Positions 24,966 to 37,277 of a DNA stretch of 64,000 nucleotides are shown piece after piece (positions within the stretch are counted from its first letter, which is position 1; each line of letters opens with the position of its first letter). This DNA comes from Squalus acanthias (lineage: Eukaryota): positions 374,001 to 438,000 of the forward strand of contig JASTWF010000033.1 of assembly GCA_030390025.1 (NCBI GenBank). Direction: 5' to 3'. The notes beneath the pieces were generated by a model. That model saw nothing but the letters and a program-made list of their open reading frames with translations. It did no database searches and was not told the origin of the DNA. The translations under genes and the position numbers were made by a program.

Positions 24966-25871
24966 GATGATTTTGTAATGGGAGAATGTCCATTCGTATT
25001 TCAAAGCTATTCGGATGGGCAGCCACTATAAAGGGGCTGATGATGTAACTAACGATTCGATCTGCCACCTTGTGTTTGAGAAAGGATCTGAATGGAAGTG
25101 AAACAATGCTAATCTGGCGCTGTCCACATGACTGCGAGAACTGAATAGGTTTCAAATTAATAGAGGGAATAAAAAACGATAAAATGATAAAGGAATCTAC
25201 AACGCACCTTACTCCATTTACAATCAATTGGAATTAAAATCAGTTGGAATGATTTATCGCCAATTGCAACTCTGTATCATTAATTTTACCCAACAGATGT
25301 AAAAAAATATCCTTGAAGCCATGAACATATTCCTGATTGGATTTGATTCGATCTTTACTGTTTAACAATCAATCACCGCCTGTCCGGAGCACACACAGAT
25401 AATCGGGGCGGGCAACAGGCCCCTCACCAATAATAGAACCCGCCAGATTCACCTTCCTTTAAAATCAATGGAACGACTGTGGCTGGTTTTGTAAATCCTT
25501 CTCGCCCACTTCTTGTTCCACCGGCCTCCTCATTCGCTGTTTAACGCCCAGAGGGTAAAGTGTAAAATCTACTCCCAGACTCAGACCGGACTGCAGATTG
25601 TAAGATATTCATTAAATAAATCACCCAATGACACTGTCGGGGAACAAGTTACTTTCAGACACAAAGCAAGAGGAATAAACTGAATACAATGATTTTTTGG
25701 ATATGCAGACTTGCATAATGAACACAGTGTTTACAGTTAAATATCGTTTCCAGTATGAAATATTAATATGGTCACTTACAAGGAACACCGACAGCAACTG
25801 GGATTTGACAGTTACAGGCAGGAATACAATTAAAATGGTTACAGGATTAATACCTGGAGATAGATACTTAC

Positions 25872-25956
25872 GAGGGACACCAAAAACAGCGAGGGTGGGA
25901 TAATAAATCGTCTGTACACGTAGAATTGCACGCAATGCCGTAACATATTGTCTCAT
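25872..25956 (-). CDS. GPR139-like GPCR, exon 1
   Basis: MRQYVTALRAILRVQTIYYPTLAVFGVP followed by a GTAAGT donor at 25871. The phase-1 join gives 85+902=987 nt, i.e. 328 aa. Confidence 0.85.
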
Positions 25957-26934
25957 GGTGGACTCCGATCCGTTTTTCCAACTTGTGCTGAACGCTGATC
26001 CCGGGTTGTTCTGCAGACCAAGCTCCGAGAGACACTTTGGGTTAACACATTGAGCGAAGGCCCTTATGTAAGGCGAGATAAATCTCCACTGACATAATTA
26101 GGGCGCAAGGAGACTGACATTAATTACAGTGACTGAACAAACAGATTCAGTTAATCTCTTTTACACAACGTGTTGCAATATCATAAACTATATTTAGCCC
26201 GATATTGCACAGATGTAAAGTGAATCTCCCCAAAGCTCAGGGTTAATCAGACTATGTGGAATAGTCAGTATGACCGCATTGGGTGAAGGGAGAACAGGTT
26301 TAGTTACAGGTTTCTGATGATCTCTGTGATAATGAGGTTCTGTAATTTCAGAGAATTTCTATCCAATTCTCAGTGTGGACTTTAACCTCAGTCAGTGAAA
26401 GCAAACCATCTGGTTGAGCCCCGGGGAATATCCTTTGCTCATTTCTGAACATCCATGGCAAACATTGTCCTATTTCCATTGCCCTTAAAATGCAGACACA
26501 CTCCTGGCGACCGCAAAGAATGTGTGCTCATGACCCGGAATCTTTCCCAGAAAAACACAACCATTGACGCTGTACTTAGTCAGATATGGCCATGTACCTG
26601 CTATAAACATTGAAACATTCCTCAGGACTCCCCACTAATATTGATACACCTCCAGGAACCGGTATAACAAGATCCCAAGAGCCCCAACCCTGTAGATGGT
26701 GATGTAATCATTGGTACCCGAATAAACATGTACAATTGCATGGAACTTACTGGAGTTATGGCACAATTCCTGGGAACCCATTCGCAAATACTTACTATTC
26801 CACATAACCCCTGCAAAGAACTCACTGTCAGGAGTTCTTCCACTTATTTTCTCACTTCCAGTTGCAGAGTGCAAATAAATCACATTTCCAGGGATCGCCA
26901 TTAGACAAAGAGCTAATCCCTAAATTGTTACCGG

Positions 26935-27150
26935 AGACTTCAGTTATGTGGAGAGACTTGAGAATTAGCATGTTTCTTCTTAGAGCAGAGAGGGTTAAAT
27001 GGAGATTTAAATGAGGCGATCAAAATAATGAAGTGTTTGATAGAGTATACAGGGAGAAACTGTTTCCACTGGCAGGAGGGTCGGTAACCAAAGGACACAG
27101 ATTTAGGATAATTTGCATGAAAAAATCCAGGAGGATTATCAGGAGCATTG
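26935..27150 (+). mobile_element. Old CR1 fragment
   Basis: Degenerate FDRVYREKLFPLAGGSVTKGHRF. Confidence 0.65.
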
Positions 27151-27479
27151 TTGTAATGCGGCAATTTGTTCTGATCTGGAATATAGCTCTAGAAATTGTA
27201 CAAGTCCTGAAAATAGGCGCAGGCAGCGCAAAGATCGATCTGCCCCAGTCCTTTCTAAGTGTTGCAGGCAGCACACACAATTCGTGCTGCCTGCTTATTG
27301 GAATGATTGCAATGCTGATCTCAGCGCTAAATCCGCTGCTGATTGGCTTAGTGCTGAACAGGGGGGACAATATCGTGTGCAGTCTACTGGCCAATAAAGT
27401 TTGGCCTAGGTTCGCTGCACTATTAAAGGGGAAGTGCCTTGTTGCAGAAGCACCTCATTGTCATTGTGGAGAAAACCAT

Positions 27480-27720
27480 GTTCCAACAGCTAAGAGAAAG
27501 GACGAGGTGATTTTCAGATGCAGCAATGGAAGCCTTGGTCCTCGAGTTTCAAAGACGCTGTCAGGCCGTCTATCTAAGAGTGGCAAGAGGCTTTCAAGGA
27601 AGGACAACAGAAGGCTGCATGAGGTGATCGCTGAAGCCGTCAGTGCGACAACTGTTAGCCCCAAGACCTGGATGCAATCACGCAAAAAGTTTTATGACCT
27701 CAGACGAGTGGTCAAGGTGG
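27480..27720 (+). pseudogene. Harbinger Myb/SANT-like DNA-binding protein exon remnant
   Basis: FSDAAMEALV.. and ..EAVSA..W.Q.RKKFYDL across a frameshift. Confidence 0.65.
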
Positions 27721-29071
27721 GTGAATGCATCATCAAATGCCATATTGCACCATCTCCACCACAAGCCTCACACATTGCTCAATGCAACACACTGATGGTG
27801 TAGGCATGGATATCGAGCTATTCCCCTTCCCTCACCACATCTCGACCCTTGTGCCTTTCTCCTTTCAGCTACGCTCGAATTTCAACTACGCCAACCTGTC
27901 CCCGAATCTTTGAAGGAGAGCAGAGCAGGAGCACCGTCAATGCATCTGATATTCACAGGCACCAGCTCAGAAAATGGCACTGCGAGGATTTTAGAGTGTA
28001 GTATAGAGGCAGGCTCTGCAGGAGGTGAGTTACTGGACACCAGTGGGCTGCAGCCAGGTCAGGGGGAAAGGATAGATGGGTGTCAGCTCCCCAGTGGGTG
28101 AGTTCATGCACGAGTTCTGATGCACAGGAATCAGATCATGACATCAATGGGACGGCCATCAGAAGAAGGGTGATGGGTATGCACACTGAAATGCTAGGTG
28201 CAATGGCAAGCCTGCCAGAGTGCCGCTTCTCAGTGCCAAGGAGCATGGAGATGTCCAGCTCCAACATTGCACAAAAATTTGCACGGAGCTTGGAGCCCGT
28301 GATTTCCAGGATGGAAATGATGGGCAACTCCATGAGAGACCTGGTAGACCCAGCCATGATGCTGTGTGTGATGGGTGATGTTGCATCTTCCATCGGAGCA
28401 CAGGCAGAAGCGACCCAACGTCTCAGTACTGCAGTGGAAGTTCACATTGCTGCCATCGTGGCTGGATTTACGAGTATGAAGTGCGGGGTCTCACAGCACT
28501 CCGGCAATCTTTCACCAAATAGAAGGCTAGAATTGCAGAGGCGCCACCCTGGGAAGTGGCAGTGGCTCCACAGAGCAAGAACCTGCAGTCCTCTCTCAGG
28601 ATGACAGTATTCATACTCCCACCACTGCAACTCTGGCAGTGCCCTTGCTGCTGCCTGCCATCCAGCCAACTCAGGCTGCTGCCGTACATGCCGAGGTGGT
28701 GCGGTCTACAGCCTGGCATTCTAGGCCCAGAGCTGCTCGAGGTCTTCCTGCAAGGCCATCTGCAGTCTCCCCATTGAAAGTCAGCAGCCTTCCATCAGCC
28801 ATTCTGTAGCCACTGGGGGAGCACTTCGTAGGAGCACGAGAGTAGGAGAAGCAACACGAAAGAAATACAGACACTGAGGGAAAGCACAAGAGTGATTAGA
28901 GTTGACTTTGTTATTCTGATTGTGATTTGATAACTTTATAAATTATGTTTGGAATGTTTGTTTTGTGGTGGCTCTCATTTCAGCTTTGTGACCAGGAAGA
29001 CGCTGTGATGTCCTGTGACAGAGGGATGTTAAGATGGGGAACTGGTGAGCAACAGGCATGTGGAATTTCAT

Positions 29072-29640
29072 TCACTGGAATTGGAATCTGATGAGGCGCT
29101 CACGGACAGCCTGTCCAGAACAAGGATCTACTGCCTGCCTCCTCCCTTCTTCATCCTCCTCTTCTTCGTTCTCCTGCTCTTCCATTTCTACATTTTCCGC
29201 CTCCTGCTCTTCCTCCTCCTCCTCTTCCTCCACTTCCTCCTCCTGCTGAGGTGGTCCCAGAACCCGTGGTGACAATCACTTCGCCCTCAAGATGGCCAAG
29301 TTGCGGCGCATGCAGCAGATCACCACTAAGTGGGACTCCAGTGTTTACTGGAGAGCTCCTCATGAGCGGTCAAGGCTGCGGGACCGTTGCTTTACCACCC
29401 CGATAGTCTGCGCGATGAGTTACCTCGTGGCAGCATGGCTCACATTATATGAGTGCTGTTCCCGAGTGGTGGGGGTATTGGTGAGGTGTCATCAGCCAGG
29501 TGCATAGCGGAAAGCCCTTGTCTCCGAGCAGCCACCCTTTGGTTTGACATGGTGGCTGGAAGATTGCTGGTAAACTAGACTGGTGCAGGATGAAGGCATC
29601 ATGACTGCTGCCAGGATACCAGGCAATCACCCCAATGTGG
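29072..29640 (-). pseudogene. Harbinger (HARBI1-like) DDE transposase C-terminal remnant
   Basis: YPGSSHDAFIL, WLLGDKGFPL..WLMTP and an acidic tail followed by VRERLIRFQF. Confidence 0.85.
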
Positions 29641-29643
29641 GGC

Positions 29644-30478
29644 TACATAGATACATAGATACATAGAAGATAAGAGCAGGAGTAGGCCATCCGGCCCTTC
29701 AATGAGATCATGGCTGATCCTCCAATTCAGTATCCCGTCCCCGCCTTCTCTCCGTAACCCTTAACCCCTTTTGCCTGTAGAAATATATCTAATTCCCTCT
29801 TAAATATATTTAATGAGCTGGCGTACACTGCCCTCTGTGGCAATGAGTTCCACAGGTTCACCACCCTCTGAGTGAAGAAATTCCTCCTCATTTCTGTCCT
29901 AAATGGTTTAGCCCTTATCCTTAACTTATGTCCTCTAGTTCTGTTCTCACCCGCCAAGGGAAACATTCCTTCTGCATCTAGTCTGTCTAGACCTGTCAGA
30001 ATTCTATACACTTCTATGAGGTCCCCTCTCAATCTTCTAAACTCCAGTGTGTACATCCCTAAACTACATAGTCTCTCCTCATAGGTCAATCCCGCCATTC
30101 CTGGTATCAGCCTGGTGAATCGCCGCTGCACCCCCTCCATGGCAAGAACATCTTTCCTCAGATGTGGCGACCAAAACTGTACACAGTACTCGAGGTGTGG
30201 TCTCACCAGTGCCCTGTACAGCTGCAGCAAGGTAGCCCTGTTCCTGTATTCCAACCCTTTTGCTATGAAGGCCAGCATACCGTTTGCCTTCTTGACCGCC
30301 TGTTGCACCTGCATGCTCGCCTTCAGTGACTGGTGTACAAGAACACCCAGGTCTCTCTGTACTTCCCCCTCTCCCAATTTCTTGCCATTTAAATAATAAT
30401 TTGCCCTCCCGTTCCTGCACCCAAGGTGGATAACTTCGCACTTGTCCACATTATAGTGCATCTGCCATTTATCCGCCC
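29644..30478 (-). mobile_element. Young 5'-truncated CR1, same subfamily as the intact element at 40933-45939
   Basis: The open 244-aa ORF is nearly identical to the C-terminus of ORF2 42972-45839; (CTATGTAT)n tail. Confidence 0.95.
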
Positions 30479-31266
30479 TGTAAGTTAAGAGTCTCAGAGT
30501 GTATCGGGTAAACCAGCCAGAACTATTGCTGACTTCCCCTTATCTGTTGTTACAGGGAGGGAGCTGTCGGCTCAGCTTGTTCTACAAATAATGAAGTAGG
30601 TTCTCCAGAATTCCAATGTGTAGAAATAAATCGGCCAACATCAATAATCAATCATATAATTTAGATCTTCTGTGGGAAGGGCCGAGGCTCCATCCCCGTC
30701 CTGAGGTATATTAATTCATTCACTCTGCTCTGTATTGAACTGTAATATCATTTTAGCTGCTCAATTTCTGATTTGATGCTGATAAATAAATTGGCATATC
30801 AGTGGAAAAAGTATGTCTGTTTCATGCAGACACAGACACTGTTTATTTCTCAGTCACTTTCCCCTTTGATCGATTAGTGGCCAATTATTGCCAGAAGCTC
30901 AAAACTAAATATTGCACTGAGAAAAAACAGAGGCAGCAAACAAGTGGATAAGCCCAGTGACTCAGGGAGTGTGTTCCGGATTGCGCTGCCTGAAAGGACG
31001 GTGGAAGCAGATTCAATAGGAACTTTCAAAAGGGAATTGGATAAACTATTGAATAGGAAAAAATTGCAGGGCTGATATCTGAGACATACATACACAAAGA
31101 GAGCACACACACATGTCTGTGTGAGTGTTTGAATCTTTGCCTCAAGCACTGCATAACAACTTCCTCTACCAGGTCCTTGATAGTAAAGTGATCAGTGTTC
31201 AATTTCCCGACGGCTTCTCTCTGTCTGTGTGTCTCTGTGTTTCTTTCTGTCTCTGAGGAAAAGCTA

Positions 31267-31295
31267 CGGCCCGGATTCGATTCTCGGTAAGGAAA
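31267..31295 (+). pseudogene. tRNA-Glu 3' fragment
   Basis: CGGCCCGGATTCGATTCTCGGTAAGGAA; shares its downstream flank with the copy at 31874. Confidence 0.6.
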
Positions 31296-31873
31296 CATTG
31301 CGTTTTGGGGCTGTTTGAACTGCCACCAATCAAAGCAGCCTGATCAAGCTTTCAACTTGCTGCACCGCTGCTAATGCCGCAACAGTCAGCAGCGCATCAT
31401 TCGGTACAGCAATCCAAAATAAACTTCCTTGCCTTCTGTAAAATGACGGCCACCTTTGCCACCGAGGCGGAGAGACTCATCTTTCTGTTTATTTCTGTTT
31501 CTGGGTTTGCTGATGAACTTTGAACTGGCGGCCTGTTCCCGTTAATGGTCACAAGCAGGAAGAGACAGACTCTGACCCCGCGAAATGGGCAAAAGGCTTC
31601 AGTTCAGGACAAATGAATCAATGAAATGTTCGCCCGGCCCCGAGAGAGACAACATCCAGAGAAAAGCACAGAAGGAAATCGATTTCAAGTGGATGCCTGC
31701 CAACACTTGGTGCCTTGGTTTCGCGAACACGTCTTTTGTGTTCTCAACTAAAAAAAATCATTTTGTACAAACAGTTTGCCTGGCGCAAAAGTATCTGAAT
31801 GTCAAAGGCGCACGCAGGAAAGACTGCGTTGCTGAGCTTTCTGGCAACAAGCTTGCTGCAGCTTCCCGCAGCT

Positions 31874-31950
31874 TCCCTGGTGGTCAAGTGGTTAGGATTC
31901 GGCGCTGTCACCCCCCCCTCCCGGCCCCGGTTCGATTCCCGGTCAGGTAA
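31874..31950 (+). pseudogene. tRNA-Glu(CTC)-derived pseudogene (anticodon now GTC)
   Basis: TCCCTGGTGGTCAAGTGGTTAGGATTCGGCGCTGTCAC..GGTTCGATTCCCGGTCAGG; the anticodon stem is disrupted by a C-run. Confidence 0.85.
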
Positions 31951-32359
31951 CAGTGCGTTTTGGGGCTGTTTGAATTGCCACCGATCTTTAAAGGATTCCA
32001 TAGCATCGCCTCGATTATTAACCATAGATCGTAACAATATTTCACACACCGCAACAACCCCGTCCATTTTAGTCTAAGTCCCATTTTCAACGGTCTTAGT
32101 GAATCTTAATTACAGCCAAAGAACCTCTCTGGCACCGAAAATTAACTTTTATACGTGTGGAGACTAATTCATTCAGAATTCATTTGTTTTAGATATTTAA
32201 ATAATAAAAATAATTTTACTGTATTCTGTTTCTTTTCTCTCTCTTGATCTAATCTTTCTTTTCCTCTCTTTATTTCGCTTTCTGTGCCTGATTTGGTATT
32301 GAATTCACTGTTCTAACTTACATTTCCAGCTTCAGATTCTCCGCTGCTCTTTGACTGTA

Positions 32360-33519
32360 TCTTAATGCATGAAACATTCAGAATAAGGTAAACAAATTAA
32401 CAGCGCAAATCGATGTAAACGGATATGATATAATTGAGATTACGGAGACATGGCTGCAGGGTGACCAAGGCTGGGAACTGAATATCCAAGGATATTCGAT
32501 ATGATGGAAGGACAGTCAAAAAGGAAAAGGTGGTGGGTAGCGTTGTTAGTAAAGGATGAAATCAGAGCAATAGTGAGAAAGGATATTGGCCCAGAAAATC
32601 AAGATGCAGAACTTGTCGAGGTGGAGCTAAGAAGCACCAAGGGGCAGAAAACATCGGTGGGAGTTGTCTGTAGGCCTCCAAACAGTAGTGGTAATTAAGG
32701 GGATGGCATCAAACAGGAAATTGGAGATGCATGTAACAAGGGTACTACAGTAATCATGGGTGAGTTTAATCTACATATTGACTGGCCAAACCAAATTAGC
32801 AATAATACTGTGGAGGATGAATTCCTGGAGTGTGTCCGAGATGGGTTTTTTAGACCAGCACGTTGAGGAGCCAACTAGGGAACAGGCTATCCTAGATTGG
32901 GTATTGTGCAATGCGAAGCGATTAATTAATAATCCTGTTGTGCAGAATCCTTTAGGGAAGAGTGACCATAGCATAATAGAATTCTTCATTAAGATGGAAA
33001 GTGAAGAATTCCAATCCGTAACTCGGGTCCTAACTCTAAACAAAGGAAACTACGAAGGTATGAGGAGTGAGTTGGCTATGATAGATTGGGGAGCTTCATT
33101 AAAATGCATGATGGTGGATAGGCAATGGCTACCATTTAAGGAACGAATGCATGAATTGCAGCTGGTATACATTTCTTTCTGGCGCAAAAACGCAAAAGGA
33201 AATGCAGTATAACCATAGCAAACAAAAAAATTAAGGATAGTATTAGATCCAAAGAGGAATCATATCAATTTGACAGAAAAAATAGCAAGCCTGAGGATTG
33301 GGAGCAGTTTAGAGTTCAGAAAAAAGAACCAAGAGATTGATTAAGAAGCAATATAAGAGTGTACTGCAAAAGCTTCTACAAGCATCTAAAAAGAAAAAGA
33401 TTAGTGAAGACAAATGTAGGGCCCTTACAGTCAGAAACGGGAGAATTTATAATGCGGAACAAGGAAATGGCTGAGCAATTAAACAGAAACTTTGGTTCTG
33501 TCTTCAAGGAAGAGGACAC
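32360..33519 (+). mobile_element. Decayed CR1, endonuclease half (left of the ERV)
   Basis: ITETWLQG, RPPNS, PTREQAILDWVLCN, SDH and FGSVFKEEDT. Confidence 0.9.
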
Positions 33520-33997
33520 TGTTGGAGTAAAAATTATAGGGCTTAAAGAATGTAATATAAAAAGTAAATTCGTAAATACAGAATGGTTTCGCTGACACAG
33601 TGCGATGAGTAATGTCTGTGGTCAACAAGTGTTTGTGCGAGGTACAACGGTTACACTTGAGAACCAATCACCGCATGACCAGCCAGTCCGACTAGACAAA
33701 GCTGACACAACATTTTGATGTTTATAGTTTCGATAGGGAAGTAACATTTTTCAGCTTAAAGTGCAGTTTATAATTAGAAGTCTGTTGGTGGGGGAACGTG
33801 ATTGGGTGAAGACATTTGTATGTAATGCATTGCGTTTCCGACCCTATAAAGTATAAAAGAAGTTCCGATATCACTGTAAGGTCGAGAGTGAATTCACTAG
33901 ACCGCGGGGTCTATGGCTCTTCTCCCAGTGCCTCTGTTAAATAAACTGTGATCTTCTGCTTTGAGACAGACTCGAGTGAATTAATTTTTCACCAACA
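33520..33997 (+). repeat. 5' LTR (478 bp)
   Basis: Direct repeat of 38727-39206; TATAAA and AATAAA present. Confidence 0.95.
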
Positions 33998-33999
33998 AT

Positions 34000-34017
34000 T
34001 GGCGTAGTCGGCAGGAT
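34000..34017 (+). promoter_or_regulatory. PBS complementary to tRNA-Ser(AGA/TGA)
   Basis: TGGCGTAGTCGGCAGGAT is the complement of ..ATCCTGCCGACTACG-CCA. Confidence 0.9.
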
Positions 34018-34588
34018 GCTCTGGAACTGAAAGACCACCCGCACCGGTGAACCCGGACGAGAAGTCAATTTTGACCATCCAGAAATTGAGTCACCTGGAA
34101 AGGCGGAGTGACAGTGCCGTAGCATCACGAATCAAGTAAAGTCTGCGAGAGGTAGGAGAACACAGTTGTGAGAGTGCGGATCGCAAGTACTAAAGGGAAC
34201 ACTGTGTAGCGATAAATGTCGCGAAGGAATGAGTGAGTGACGGAATGACTCGGACAAGGAGGGTGCCGGTCTCTTACACCTAGCCTGAGTCTGACTTAAG
34301 AGGACATAGTCCCACGTGATGGCCAGGATCAAGTAGGGGTAGAGGCTCCAAAACACCCTGGGATCGTGAAGTCAGCAAATATATATGTGTGTTGTGACCG
34401 ATTAACCGCTTGAAGGTCTTTAAATTATCAAGAACAAGCCCGAGTAGAGGAACTCAGCATTTGGTAAGACTGTAAGTTGGACTACAAATGGCGTCGGGGA
34501 AATAAATAGAATGGGGACCAATGGGGTCCCTTACTAGGTTCTATGCAGACGACCGGAAGGGTTTAGTTGATAAGATGACGAAGGAAGG

Positions 34589-35548
34589 GTGGGACCCGCT
34601 CCAGAATCCGAAAGTACAAAGAGAGTGGTAGAGGGTCAAAAACAGAAAAAGACAAAAAAGGTGGGGGTGATACTAGGAAACCAATTAGTCGCTTTAATTA
34701 ACAAGGTGCCGCGACTCCACACTAGACTTGCAAGTAAACGTGAAAGAATTCTGGAATTCGAACAAGTGTCAGTATTATACAAAGTTGGCCAGACGGTCCT
34801 TGATGGGTACCGGCTGGACAAAACAGAACTATGGAACGAAAGGCGGGCACATTTGTGCGCCTCGGTAAAAGTCCAGGGCTCCGAAAATGAGGACGAGATG
34901 CCACCTCCTTACACCCCAGAGGCATCAGCCCCTTCCATGGAAGACAGTGATGACGAAAACTTAGAGAAAGAAAAAAAGAACCCAAACGTAATCAAGGCAG
35001 CCCCTTTAAAAAGAGGGGGAACGGTACAAAATCCCACAGCCAAGTACCAAGCTTTTAGCCCCTTAGAAAAACAAACATTATTGAAAGATTTGGGAACACT
35101 GAAGCCCCATAGCACAAATGGGGAATTTTGGAGAAATCTCGAGGAGATGTGGGATATACACGACCTCCATCCTCGGGACATCCAACAGTTAGTATGGGCT
35201 AAATGCCCGGCTGATAAATGGAGGGAGGTGGATAAACAAAACGGCCACCAAGACGGTGGCTGGACCGGCCGTATCGCCTTAATTGCGTACAAGGCGGCCC
35301 AACTCGCGGCCTACAACCCCTTTAAAACAGCGGTCCAGGCGGCCTTTGGAGGATCCTCACCAAATTGGGGACGTATAATGATGATAAAACAGCGGAAAGT
35401 GGGCAGCAGTAGTGATTATGGCGAACGATTGTTCGTCGTATACCAGGAATCATCGGGACAAGCAAACCACCAGATGACAGACCAGCCCTTTATTCAAATG
35501 TTTAAGGACGGGTTGTCCCAATCCCACCAAGCGATATTAAAAATGTGA
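34589..35548 (+). pseudogene. gag: ERV gag (ends frameshifted)
   Basis: PPPY late domain; MHR-like IKQRK..SSSDYGERL; FIQMFKDGL. Confidence 0.8.
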
Positions 35549-35669
35549 ATAGTGGCGGCGAATACATATGATGCGGTGGTCCAGTGGGCGTGTCACATAG
35601 ATGCTAAAGAGGGGATCGTATAAAACACCAGCAGAGGATAGAGGCCCTCTTGGAAGCCGCAAAGGCCCC

Positions 35670-36927
35670 AACACTCGCAGCAGTAATAAAAATAAAGGCG
35701 CACCAGAAAATACAAAATCAGGAACAAAAAGGAACCATGCCGCTGATTTAGCAGCACAGCAAGCTCTTGAACAAGAAGTGGTTGAAGAAAACATAGCCAG
35801 TGCACAGGTGGAAGAAATAGCTATTAGGAAATTACACAAAGAGACCCAAGAAGGGGAGAAACAGGAATGGTAACGCACAGGAGGTGGATCAGACAAGGAA
35901 GCTATATGGCAGAAAAACCGGATGGTGATAGCCCCTGCATGTATCAGACAAATGCTCTTAGAACTATACCATGCAGACGCCCATACAGGAAGAGGGCCGA
36001 TGATTGACCTAATAAGTAAAGAATGGCGGTGGCCTGGGTTAGGAAGAGAGGTGGAAAAACATTGCCAGCGGTGTATGGCGTGTGCCCAGCACAACCCAGC
36101 ACGATCCATTAAGATACGGATGGCCCACCAACCACTGCAGAGGGGCCCATGGGAAAATATACAAATAGACTTCACCGGACCCCTCCCTAGGTCAAGGGGT
36201 AAGAGGTATGGCCTGGTAATAATAGATCAGCTTACCAGGTGGGTTGAGGCATTCCCTGTACTGTATTGCCACCACCGTGGCACAAATAATGGCGGAGGAA
36301 ATAATTCCCAGGTCTGGAATACCGATCCAAATTGACTCAGATCAGGGAACTCACTTTACGGGAGCAGTAGTGAAGAATGTATGCAAGTGGATGGGCATAA
36401 AGCAGAAATTTCACATTCCATACCATCCCCAAAGTTCTGGAATGGTGGAACGAATGAACCGAACCTTGTAAACAGCCGAAGCCAAGGCTTCAGGGGACAA
36501 ACACCAACAGTGGGTTGATGTGTTACCAGCAGTCTTAATGAAACTAAGAGCCACCCCAAACCGAACAACGGGCTTATCATCATATGAGCTAATGACGGGG
36601 AGGGCAATGCAACTCCCCCATGGCATAATAACTGGAGGAGAGGATGTGGGTCCTCTAAAGGATAAGCTCCGAAGGTATGTCCTCGAATTAAGCAGTCAAT
36701 TAAAGGAAATGAGGCAGCAAACGCGGGACAGACAGGAAGAAAAGGATAGGGATTTAGAATTGATCGCTTTCCAATATATCCCTCCAGCCGGGACTAAGGT
36801 AATGGTTAAAGGTTTACCAGGAAAACCCGGGTTTGCCCCAAAATGGTCAGGACCATATCAGATTCTAATTAGTGGAGATGAAGGGCATGGGACGATGGAA
36901 GCACTGGACACAGCTAAAAGTCTATGA
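35670..36927 (+). pseudogene. pol: ERV pol remnant: RNase H tail and integrase
   Basis: IKIKAHQ..NHAADLAA; HHCC (HADAH..CQRCMAC); IQIDFTG, SDQGTHF and YHPQSSGMVERMNRTL. Contains stops and frameshifts. Confidence 0.9.
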
Positions 36928-36945
36928 ACCTTCGCCAGCTTAAAA

Positions 36946-37173
36946 ATGGTTACAAGAGAGCATGTGCCTTTTGTGGGAAGTGAAGAACACGTTAGACAAT
37001 TCAAAGAATGGGAATGGGCGCTAGTACGGACGATGGTATGGACAATATGCATTGTCATAATGGGATACACTATGGGATGCATCGTAAAGCATGTATGGGA
37101 ACAATCCCATCGACTCCAACCGGTCGAGCAGGAGGAGGGAAACCAAATGATTATTATCGAGGAACCAGCATAA
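36946..37173 (+). CDS. Small putative single-TM accessory ORF between pol and env
   Basis: 75 aa, ATG start, hydrophobic WALVRTMVWTICIVIMGYTMGCIV. Confidence 0.35.
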   Translation: MVTREHVPFVGSEEHVRQFKEWEWALVRTMVWTICIVIMGYTMGCIVKHVWEQSHRLQPVEQEEGNQMIIIEEPA

Positions 37174-37277
37174 TGACAGCATTCTATTCACCCCCACAGG
37201 AAAATATAATCTTCAAGCAACAAAGCGGTTCGGTTGGCGATATAGCCTTTGGGACATTGTTAACATAAAGTGATAAG

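Larger units (their letters stand above)
27186..29643. mobile_element. Decayed autonomous PIF/Harbinger transposon (convergent Myb/SANT gene and DDE transposase), truncated on the right
   Basis: Plus-strand Myb-like IAEAVSA...KTWMQSRKKFYDLRR; minus-strand transposase motifs. Left boundary approximate. Confidence 0.8.
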
